Shown one piece after another: positions 22,850 to 30,350 of a stretch of DNA of 32,000 nt (position 1 is the stretch's first letter; every line of letters begins with the position of its first letter). This DNA is from Coprobacillaceae bacterium (GTDB lineage Bacteria; Bacillota_I; Bacilli_A; Erysipelotrichales; Coprobacillaceae), in NCBI GenBank assembly GCA_963675515.1, contig OY776328.1, positions 420,001 to 452,000 of the forward strand. Direction: 5' to 3'. Position numbers and translations under genes: made by a program. Under the pieces are notes generated by a model. It saw only the letters and a program-made list of their open reading frames with translations. It was not told the origin of the DNA and did not search any database.

Positions 22850-24419
22850 AGTTTTTTGTAAGATGAATTTGTTCCAAGACAGCGATCTCTTTTTGCAGGG
22901 TCTCATCGACTCCGAGCAGGCTTTTGTTTGTCGCTATTGCCTGGGCAACAGTGATGAATTCGCACGATGGTTTCATTGCCATGTTTTTGATTTTTACCAT
23001 GCAATGGTAATAGAAACTGCGGCTGGTCAAGGACGGGGCCTCTATTTGAATGACACCAAGAAATTCGAGCATCTGGGAAACTTGGACGCCGGTTTGATTC
23101 TCGATCTGGCTTTTCAAAAAATCGTGATAATCGTTGTGTTCGCTTACACCTCCAGGAAGGTAGAAAGCTCCGTTTCCCCCTTTGACCATGAGGATCTTGC
23201 TCTCAAAAAGACAGACGCCATAGAAGCTGACCGGTGGCGACGGGAACTTTTCCGGGGCATCGAGATTGATCATGAACGATGATGTCGTTTTCGGCTTGTT
23301 TGCAATCTCTCGGATATGGACATCATTGGTGCTGGAAATCAGTGACAAAAGGGCGGCTCCCTTAAGTTCGATTGAAAGGGCGGGATGGCTGTGGCTTGAG
23401 AAGTTGGTGATTAACTTGAAATCGGTCAACTCCTTTAGAATTCTTAGATAGCCAAACCCCGCGCCGTTGGATTTAAGGACTCTTAGATAATCGAGGTCTT
23501 GGGCGACGTTGATTTCCCGGGCGCTGTTGTTTAGCAGGATATGGATTATTGTCCGCTGGATCCGCGAGCGGGAATAACGCCGGGAAGTGAGGGAATTGAC
23601 GAAATCATGCATGTTGTGGCAGGACATGATATTCTTGAGCATCAGGTTTTCGATTCCTTCATCGACCAGATGGATCGCTTCTAGATCCGCAGGGCTCCGG
23701 GTAATCAGGTTGTACTTGAGCATTGGAAAAAGGTGCTCGAGATAAAAGAGGTCCAGGCAGAAATGCTCGGGCCCAATCAGGATATTTTCAAGGTTCCTCT
23801 TTTCATAGAGACCCAGGCGCAGCGAAGTTGCCGAGGGTATTGTTTGGATACTTTTTTCGTGGTAGGAATTAGACCGCTTGATGCAATGCAGCTTGATATG
23901 GGGATAGTTGTTGATTACCTCTTTGGTGTAGGCCAGTCCAAGAAGATTGTTGGGCGACGCGACACTTGGCATGTCGAGTTTCAAAAGGGCCTGGTTGCAG
24001 GCGTCGCTGTATGAAATTCCTGTCTTCAAAAGCTCCCGGACCAGTTCATGGTATTTTGTGGAATCCTGGAGTTTAAGGGCTATCTCCTTGAAAAAATCGA
24101 TGTCACCCGATTCGCTGCCAAAAACTATATCGGTCACCCTAAGTTCGTTCAGGAGTTTGATGGCTCCGTGGGCAAACTGGTTGGCCGCTTGCACCGAATA
24201 GACCAGCGGCAGTTCCACGACCAGGTCACAGCCATGTTTGACTGCGATATTGGCCCGGTCAAATTTGGAAATAATGGCCGGCTCGCCCCTTTGGACAAAA
24301 TTTCCGGACATGATTGCAACTGTCAGATCGGGCTTCACGATATCTTTGGCCGCTCGCAGGTGGTACAGGTGGCCCTGGTGAAACGGATTATATTCGACGA
24401 TAAGGCCAAGGATTTTCAT
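22848..24419 (-). CDS. tmcAL: tRNA(Met) cytidine acetate ligase (TmcAL/YlbM family) with a C-terminal degenerate Nudix-like domain
   Basis: The N-terminus MKILGLIVEYNPFHQGHLYHL (HxGH nucleotidyltransferase motif) and the first ~385 aa match the TmcAL/YlbM layout. Residues ~395-523 carry LPGGVSEHNDYHDFLKSQIENQTGV, a Nudix-box-like pattern with REUxEE replaced by SQIENQ. Confidence 0.8.
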   Translation of the reverse strand: MKILGLIVEYNPFHQGHLYHLRAAKDIVKPDLTVAIMSGNFVQRGEPAIISKFDRANIAVKHGCDLVVELPLVYSVQAANQFAHGAIKLLNELRVTDIVFGSESGDIDFFKEIALKLQDSTKYHELVRELLKTGISYSDACNQALLKLDMPSVASPNNLLGLAYTKEVINNYPHIKLHCIKRSNSYHEKSIQTIPSATSLRLGLYEKRNLENILIGPEHFCLDLFYLEHLFPMLKYNLITRSPADLEAIHLVDEGIENLMLKNIMSCHNMHDFVNSLTSRRYSRSRIQRTIIHILLNNSAREINVAQDLDYLRVLKSNGAGFGYLRILKELTDFKLITNFSSHSHPALSIELKGAALLSLISSTNDVHIREIANKPKTTSSFMINLDAPEKFPSPPVSFYGVCLFESKILMVKGGNGAFYLPGGVSEHNDYHDFLKSQIENQTGVQVSQMLEFLGVIQIEAPSLTSRSFYYHCMVKIKNMAMKPSCEFITVAQAIATNKSLLGVDETLQKEIAVLEQIHLTKN

Positions 24420-24858
24420 TGGCTTTCCTCCTTTTAAATAGGCGGAAAAACGTTCCGCTGATCAAAATGGCCACGGCAATGGCGCCCGAAATGATGATGG
24501 TGTCGATGAACGTTGCCAGAAACAAGGACTGATTGTTGTCGGTAAGATAAAGCATTGTTCTATAAATGCCACCGCCGGGAACCAGAGGCAGACAGCCGAT
24601 GACATAGAAAATGCTTGCGGGAGCCTTAAGCAAACGGGCGATGATTTCACCTAGAACAGCACAGGTCAATGCCCCCAGAAAGTATGCCAGGTAACTTGAT
24701 TGTCCCGAGTTTTCGATAATCCGGTAGACGCTCCATCCGGCCACGGAATTCAAAGAGGCGATCACCATGAATTTCAGGTTGAAACTAAGGTTGAAAATCA
24801 AGCCAAATGAGAACATGGCGATGAAGCAAAATACAGCTTCGTAAAGCAAATTTGTCAT
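24388..24858 (-). CDS. Threonine/serine exporter family protein, small subunit (ThrE_2 / YjjB-like)
   Basis: Four to five TM helices. The motif LPLVPGGGIY is typical of the family. ATGA overlap with the upstream partner gene. The 3' end overlaps the tmcAL start by 32 nt. Confidence 0.75.
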   Translation of the reverse strand: MTNLLYEAVFCFIAMFSFGLIFNLSFNLKFMVIASLNSVAGWSVYRIIENSGQSSYLAYFLGALTCAVLGEIIARLLKAPASIFYVIGCLPLVPGGGIYRTMLYLTDNNQSLFLATFIDTIIISGAIAVAILISGTFFRLFKRRKANENPWPYRRI

Positions 24859-25601
24859 TTCAATACCCCCAATACCAGACCCACGCCAAGGGCTATCGCG
24901 ATGGCGATCATCAAAGCTTCGATAATCCGCGATATGCCTGAAAGATAATCCTCATCGATGAAGTCGCGCAGGCTGTTCGTTATTGCAAGTCCCGGAACAA
25001 GGAGCATCAGTGTACCGATCTGGAGAATGTCGAGATTGCCGGAAAGACCATAACGGACAAGTCCGTTTGCTCCCAAGGAAATAAAGGTGGCTTCGATAAA
25101 GGTCCGCACCAGTCTGTTGATTTTGAGCTTGACCAGGAAATAATTCAATCCAAAGACACACAGCCCGATCAACAATGCGCTGATGCAATCATCCAACGCT
25201 CCACCGAATATGCCGGTGAAGCCAAAAGCCCCCAAACCATATCCGACGACCTGGAGCGAACTGCGATGTTCCTTATCCTTGATCTGGCGGATCTTCTTGG
25301 CAATCTGGTCGGAACTTTGATGGTTTGTTTCCAAATCACGCAGCAGCTGGTTGAGACTGGCAAACCGGTCGAAGTTGATCATATGGCTTGAAGTTGTTTT
25401 GGATATTGTGAATACATTGTCGTTTTTCAAGGTGACGGTTATGATAAGATACGATGGCAATGCGAACACTGTGACATCACGATAGTGATAGCTTGTCAAA
25501 ATACGGCTTATGCCGGTTTCAACCCGGGCAATCTCGCTGCCGCACTCGATCAAAGACACCCCTAATTCAATAAACTGTTTGACTAACTCTTTTTCTTCCA
25601 T
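24855..25601 (-). CDS. Threonine/serine exporter family protein, large subunit (ThrE / YjjP-like)
   Basis: Soluble N-terminal half followed by TM helices. LLVPGLAITNSLRD is the characteristic family motif. It is paired with the small subunit gene. Confidence 0.75.
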   Translation of the reverse strand: MEEKELVKQFIELGVSLIECGSEIARVETGISRILTSYHYRDVTVFALPSYLIITVTLKNDNVFTISKTTSSHMINFDRFASLNQLLRDLETNHQSSDQIAKKIRQIKDKEHRSSLQVVGYGLGAFGFTGIFGGALDDCISALLIGLCVFGLNYFLVKLKINRLVRTFIEATFISLGANGLVRYGLSGNLDILQIGTLMLLVPGLAITNSLRDFIDEDYLSGISRIIEALMIAIAIALGVGLVLGVLK

Positions 25602-25879
25602 GGCAATAATTGTAGACTATCTACAGCTCCTTAACCATTAGATTATAACGCAAATTCAAATGATTTTCAAAATTATTAAGTGGTGCATCACCCAAAAACT
25701 ATTGACCTATGTCGGATAGAAGGCCTAAAACATGGTATTTTAGAATAAAAAAAGGCGCAAAAGACAGATACTGCTTGTGGATCGCTGATTGAACATGTTT
25801 TTAGGCGAATGGAGCATCAGATGCAAATTATATGTATTTTTTCGAAAATTTAGGCTATAATAATCTACATGGAGGATAG

Positions 25880-27313
25880 ATGATGAACGAATTGAATACT
25901 TTTTCTAAAACCAAAATTGTTTGTACAGTGGGACCGGCTTCAGACAGCAAGGAAATCCTGACCAAGCTGGTAAAGGCGGGTATGGATGTGATGCGCCTCA
26001 ACTTTTCGCATGGGGATCATCAAAGTCATAAGGCCAAAGTTGATCTGATGCAGGAAATAAACCAGGAATTGGGGACCAAGGTTGCCTGCCTTTTGGATAC
26101 CAAAGGACCGGAAATCAGAACCGGGGATTTCGTTGATGGCATAGCTGAGTTTAAAAACGGCCAGGTGTGTGTCATCTGTATCGAGGATATCGACGGAACT
26201 TCGGAACGGTTCTCGGTGAGCTACAAGGACCTTTACAAGGATGTCAAGCCGGGCGGTTTCATCCTGATTGATGATGGACAGATTTCATTGTTGGTTGACC
26301 ATATCGAGGGGACCGATATCGTCACGGTCTGTGCCAATGACGGGGTTGTCAAAAACAAAAGAGGGGTCAATGTCCCCAATGTGAATCTGAAGTTCGAATA
26401 TCTTTCTCAAAAGGATATCGACGATCTTACCTTTGGGTGCAGCCAGCCTTTCCACTTTGTGGCCGCATCATTTACCCGTCGCGCACAGGACATTATCGAT
26501 ATCAAGAAAATTCTTATCGCCAACGGGCGTCCTGACATCCAGATAATCGCGAAAATCGAGAATGTCGAAGGTGTGGCCAATATCAGCGAAATCCTGAAAG
26601 TGGCCGATGGTGTGATGGTTGCCCGTGGCGATCTGGGGGTTGAGGTTCCCGCCGAGGAAGTTCCTTTCATCCAGAAAAAAATCATCCGCGAAGCCAAATC
26701 GCTGGGAAAGGTTGTAATTACTGCGACTCAGATGCTTGAAAGCATGCAGAACAATCCAAGACCGACGCGGGCGGAAGTCAGCGACGTGGCCAACGCCATT
26801 TACGACGGAACTGATGCGATCATGCTTTCGGGAGAGTCGGCTAACGGCAAATATCCACATGAATCCGTTTTGATGATGTCGAGAATCGCATCGTTCACCG
26901 AGGACAACCTGGACTATGACAGCCTTCATGCGGTAGCGGTGAAGACAGCGTCGGAAGGACCTAGTGAGGCGATCTGCATGTCTGCAGCCGAGATTGCGAT
27001 GCGCTTCAAGGTTGCGGCAATTATCGCTTTTACCGAAACCGGATATACCGCTCGCAAGATGAGCCGTTACCGGCCGCAGGCACCAATCATCGCGGCGACA
27101 CCATCAATGGCGACAATGGAATCGCTGTCGCTAAGCTGGGGAGTCAAGCCTTGCAGCTGCGTATCATTGGCTACCCGGGCAAGTATGATCGATTATGCCC
27201 AAATCATCGCAAAGGAAAACAATGTCAAGTCAGGTGAACTGATTCTGGTCACCGGAGGTACACCGGGACTAAAGGGAGACACCTCATATCTCGAACTTGT
27301 CCGTGTAATGTAA
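25880..27313 (+). CDS. pyk: Pyruvate kinase
   Basis: SD GGAGGA upstream. MRLNFSHG, LDTKGPEIRTG, MVARGDLGVE, TQMLESM, AIMLSGESA. 477 aa, without a PEP-utiliser extension. The start is ATG 25880 or 25883. Confidence 0.95.
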   Translation: MMNELNTFSKTKIVCTVGPASDSKEILTKLVKAGMDVMRLNFSHGDHQSHKAKVDLMQEINQELGTKVACLLDTKGPEIRTGDFVDGIAEFKNGQVCVICIEDIDGTSERFSVSYKDLYKDVKPGGFILIDDGQISLLVDHIEGTDIVTVCANDGVVKNKRGVNVPNVNLKFEYLSQKDIDDLTFGCSQPFHFVAASFTRRAQDIIDIKKILIANGRPDIQIIAKIENVEGVANISEILKVADGVMVARGDLGVEVPAEEVPFIQKKIIREAKSLGKVVITATQMLESMQNNPRPTRAEVSDVANAIYDGTDAIMLSGESANGKYPHESVLMMSRIASFTEDNLDYDSLHAVAVKTASEGPSEAICMSAAEIAMRFKVAAIIAFTETGYTARKMSRYRPQAPIIAATPSMATMESLSLSWGVKPCSCVSLATRASMIDYAQIIAKENNVKSGELILVTGGTPGLKGDTSYLELVRVM

Positions 27314-27338
27314 AAGGGGAGAAAATCTTCCCTTTTTT
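27314..27338 (+). terminator. Rho-independent terminator after pyk
   Basis: AAGGGGAG (27314-27321) / CTTCCCTT (27327-27334), with one G-U pair, then a T-run to 27338. Confidence 0.7.
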
Positions 27339-27419
27339 GCTTGGCCAATTGGTGGCAAAGAAGTGGTTTTGATAAGAGTCATTTGAGAAATATTTCGCTT
27401 AAATTACTGAATTTATCGC

Positions 27420-27448
27420 TTGAAATCGGATTTTTTAAATGCTATAAT
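27420..27448 (+). promoter_or_regulatory. Strong sigma-A promoter of hup
   Basis: TTGAAA (27420-27425), 17-nt spacer, TGcTATAAT (extended -10; TATAAT at 27443-27448). Confidence 0.75.
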
Positions 27449-27480
27449 TTACCAGTACTAAATGTTGGAGGGTAGTAAGA

Positions 27481-27753
27481 ATGAACAAAAAAGAATTGGT
27501 AGAGAACGTTTCTCAAGAGGCAAACTTATCAAAGAAAGAAGCGGAAGCTTTGGTAGATACAGTATTTGGAATCATCACCAAATCAGTTTGCAGCGGTGAT
27601 AAAGTATTAATATCAGGATTTGGTACATTTAACGTTAACAACCGCACTGCGCGAAGAGGGGTTTCGCCAAAAACGCAAGAGGAAATACTTATTCCGGCGA
27701 ATCGCACTGTTAACTTTAAGCCAAGCAAAATTCTTAAAGATCAGATGAACTAA
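27481..27753 (+). CDS. hup: Nucleoid-associated DNA-binding protein HU
   Basis: 90 aa. MNKKELV...GFGTFNVNNRTARRGVSPKTQEEILIPA is the HU/IHF signature. SD GGAGGG upstream. Confidence 0.95.
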   Translation: MNKKELVENVSQEANLSKKEAEALVDTVFGIITKSVCSGDKVLISGFGTFNVNNRTARRGVSPKTQEEILIPANRTVNFKPSKILKDQMN

Positions 27754-27754
27754 G

Positions 27755-27779
27755 CGGTTGCCAACGGCAACTGTTTTTT
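27755..27779 (+). terminator. Rho-independent terminator after hup
   Basis: GTTGCC (27757-27762) / GGCAAC (27766-27771), 3-nt loop, T6 (27774-27779). Confidence 0.8.
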
Positions 27780-27830
27780 GTCATATTGAGTTCATATTTC
27801 TAGTCTAGAATACTCTAAGAGGTGAATGAC

Positions 27831-28514
27831 ATGTCAAATTATATAATTGGATATATTTTGGTTGGTATCGCGATGATTGTAATGCTCGTGGCCCAATCGC
27901 AGGTTCAAAACGCTTATCGCAAGTATCGCAAAGTGCCAAATCATCTGAGGATCACCGGCGCCCAAGTGGCTCGGGAAATCCTGGATGGTAATGGTTTGCA
28001 CGATGTTCAGGTGGGTCAAGGTCGCGGACAGCTTTCCGACCATTACAACCCGATGTCAAAGACGGTAAACCTTTCAATGGACATCTACAATGGAACTTCG
28101 ATTGCTTCACTCGCAATCGCGGCCCATGAATGCGGCCATGCGATCCAGCATCAACAAAACTACACGCCACTTAAGATGCGTGGAGCCATCCTGCCGCTGG
28201 CCAATGTGGGCAACTATCTGGGCTGGGCAGCCATCATGATCGGATTTTTGACCGGGGCGACATCAATCGCCTGGATCGGAGTCGGCTTGATGATGGGGAT
28301 CCTGGCATTCCAGTTGATCACGCTTCCGGTTGAGTTCGATGCATCGGCTCGGGCGCTGGCTATTTTGCAGACCCGTTATCTTTCAAGCGACGAAATGGAT
28401 GGAGCGAGATCGATGCTCAATGCGGCTGCCTTGACTTACATAGCTGCGGCGTTCGCAACAGCAATGTCGATATTGCGGATTGTCCTTATCCTAAGTGGCA
28501 ACCGGAGAGACTAA
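27831..28514 (+). CDS. YugP-like membrane zinc metallopeptidase (Zn_peptidase_2 family)
   Basis: SD AAGAGGTGA (27817-27825) precedes ATG 27831. HECGHAIQH (HExxH) lies between TM segments. The N-terminal region ...YRKV.N..g.tGa.vAr.iL is typical of the family. Confidence 0.8.
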   Translation: MSNYIIGYILVGIAMIVMLVAQSQVQNAYRKYRKVPNHLRITGAQVAREILDGNGLHDVQVGQGRGQLSDHYNPMSKTVNLSMDIYNGTSIASLAIAAHECGHAIQHQQNYTPLKMRGAILPLANVGNYLGWAAIMIGFLTGATSIAWIGVGLMMGILAFQLITLPVEFDASARALAILQTRYLSSDEMDGARSMLNAAALTYIAAAFATAMSILRIVLILSGNRRD

Positions 28515-28516
28515 AC

Positions 28517-28543
28517 AAAGGAGTCAGGAAACTGCTCCTTTTT
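28517..28543 (+). terminator. Rho-independent terminator after the YugP-like gene
   Basis: AAAGGAG (28517-28523) / CTCCTTT (28535-28541), 11-nt loop, T-run. Confidence 0.6.
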
Positions 28544-28614
28544 ACTTTGCGATTTAATGACTGTAAAAAGGTCTGCCATTGTGATATCATAAAAATTGGA
28601 CTTGGAGGTTACTT

Positions 28615-29085
28615 ATGAAAAAATGGATCAAATACAGCTTGAGGGCCATCGGCCTGTCAATCCTGTTGGCTTTTTTGGCTTTTTTGATAATCTTCCATCT
28701 GCCCTATCAACAGAATCTAGACCGCCTGAATGCGATATTGGATGATATCGTTACCGCCAACGGATACGAATACGACAACTATTTCAACGAGTATCAAAGT
28801 GACGACTTGTATTATATCCTGGCGATTAAAGAGGCGGATGAAAATATATTTGTCGTAATAAACGACGAAAACCAGCTGGTGGCTAAACGGATGAACAACC
28901 GGCTTGATGACCAGGTGTTTATCGATGCGTTCGTTGCCAAGTACAATGTCAGCCCGACCAATCTGCAGATCGGGTATGAGAACTCGACCATGGTCGCCGC
29001 TTTGAAATATGTGGGGGAGGAGGAATTGATATACGCGTATTACAATCTCAATACCGGGGATCTGATCAAAGCGTATATTCTGTGA
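28615..29085 (+). CDS. Membrane-anchored PepSY-like protein, possibly TseB/YpmB family
   Basis: SD GGAGGT upstream. An N-terminal TM helix is followed by two small beta-rich modules. The C-terminal end IYAYYNLNTGDLIKAYIL resembles the YpmB end (YVDFTTGKILK). Synteny next to dnaD-nth-ponA as in Bacillus. Confidence 0.5.
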   Translation: MKKWIKYSLRAIGLSILLAFLAFLIIFHLPYQQNLDRLNAILDDIVTANGYEYDNYFNEYQSDDLYYILAIKEADENIFVVINDENQLVAKRMNNRLDDQVFIDAFVAKYNVSPTNLQIGYENSTMVAALKYVGEEELIYAYYNLNTGDLIKAYIL

Positions 29086-29086
29086 T

Positions 29087-29683
29087 ATGATCGAATATTT
29101 GAAGAAGAACAATCTGATAGATGTTCAAAGGCTCCTGCTTTTAAGGGGGAAGGAACTTTTTTTAAGCGACAATGAAATATATCTGTTGCTCCACATCATC
29201 AATCTTGAACAGATGAATGGAAGGGGCCTGACAATAATTGAAATTTCAAAGTATGTAGGATTCAGTGACAAGGTGCTCGATGACACATTCAAGACGCTGT
29301 TAAACAAGGATCTTGTCGCCAACAATGGCGGACTTTTCAAGATCTCCGGGCTGGAAGGATTCCTGCTGGGCAAATATGATATGCGCCAGAAGGAAGACAA
29401 GCCTGTCGATCTGATCACCCTGTTCCAGGAAAACCTGGGCCGGCTGCTTTCGCCTATCGAAATGGAGGTAATCCGCAATTTCGTCACCCAGGGCTACAGC
29501 GAAGAGATGGTTATGGAGGCCTTGAAGGAGGCGCTCAAGGCCGGTGTTCCCAAGCTCAACTACATTGAAAAGATATTGATCAACTGGCGCGAGAACGGGG
29601 TCAAGCACCGCTATGACCACAACAAACCCAAGCGGGAAGTCGATTACGATGTGGTAAAGTTCGACTGGTTGAATCAGGAATGA
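29087..29683 (+). CDS. dnaD: DnaD-domain replication initiation / primosome protein
   Basis: The C-terminal DnaD/DnaB_2 domain LSPIEMEVIRNFVTQGYSEEMVMEALKEALKAGVPKLNYIEKILINWRENGV is the hallmark motif. It lies upstream of nth, as in Bacilli. Confidence 0.8.
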   Translation: MIEYLKKNNLIDVQRLLLLRGKELFLSDNEIYLLLHIINLEQMNGRGLTIIEISKYVGFSDKVLDDTFKTLLNKDLVANNGGLFKISGLEGFLLGKYDMRQKEDKPVDLITLFQENLGRLLSPIEMEVIRNFVTQGYSEEMVMEALKEALKAGVPKLNYIEKILINWRENGVKHRYDHNKPKREVDYDVVKFDWLNQE

Positions 29684-30324
29684 ACGCTATGAAAACAAAG
29701 CGGGTACTGGATTACTTCGAGGAACTTTATCCCGATGCCTGCTGTGAACTGAACTATCGCAACACTTATGAGTTGCTTGTGGCCGTGATGCTTTCGGCCC
29801 AGACAACCGACAAGAAAGTCAACCAGGTCACTGCCAAGCTGTTTGAGAAATATCCCGATGCCAGGGCGGTTGCCGCCAGTGAGATTGAAGATCTCGAAGA
29901 GATTCTCAAATATCTTGGTCTCTATAAAAACAAGGCAAAAAACCTCAAGGCCTTGTCGCAGGTGCTTCTTGATGACTTCGATGGGATAGTTCCCGACCGG
30001 ATGGAGCAGCTCATAAAGCTACCCGGGGTCGGACGGAAGACGGCCAACGTGATCCTGGTCGAGGGTTTCAAAATACCCGCCATACCGGTGGACACCCATG
30101 TGACCCGGGTTTCGAAGCGGCTGGGGTTTGCCAAATGGGATGATGACGTGAACAAGATTGAAGCGAAGTTGAAAAGGTCGATACCCAAGGAACTCCAGGT
30201 AAAGGCCCATTCACAGTTCATCTTCTTTGGTCGCTACTTCTGCAAGGCCCAGAATCCCTCGTGCGGGCAATGCCAGCTGTTCGACATGTGCAAGGATGAA
30301 ATAAAATACAAGAAGCGAAAATAA
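29680..30324 (+). CDS. nth: Endonuclease III (DNA glycosylase / AP lyase)
   Basis: HhH-GPD motif LPGVGRKTANVIL, catalytic D in PVDTHV, and 4Fe-4S motif CKAQNPSCGQCQLFDMC (C-x6-C-x2-C-x5-C). Confidence 0.95.
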   Translation: MNAMKTKRVLDYFEELYPDACCELNYRNTYELLVAVMLSAQTTDKKVNQVTAKLFEKYPDARAVAASEIEDLEEILKYLGLYKNKAKNLKALSQVLLDDFDGIVPDRMEQLIKLPGVGRKTANVILVEGFKIPAIPVDTHVTRVSKRLGFAKWDDDVNKIEAKLKRSIPKELQVKAHSQFIFFGRYFCKAQNPSCGQCQLFDMCKDEIKYKKRK

Positions 30325-30346
30325 AGCCACCCCTCGGGGTGGCTTT
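30323..30346. terminator. Bidirectional terminator between nth and the PBP gene
   Basis: AAAGCCACCCC / GGGGTGGCTTT perfect palindrome around TC, flanked by A/T runs. Confidence 0.75.
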
Positions 30347-30350
30347 AAGC

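Noticed and set aside
24388-24419. 32-nt overlap between the 3' end of the ThrE-family small-subunit gene and the tmcAL start
   Set aside because: It is probably just compact operon organisation with a poorly conserved basic C-terminal tail. There is no evidence for a frameshift or regulatory role from sequence alone.
25611-25625. Palindrome TGTAGA-CTA-TCTACA just upstream of the ThrE-family large-subunit start codon
   Set aside because: It is a short 6-bp inverted repeat that could arise by chance in an AT-rich leader. No second copy occurs in the window, so it is not reported as an operator.
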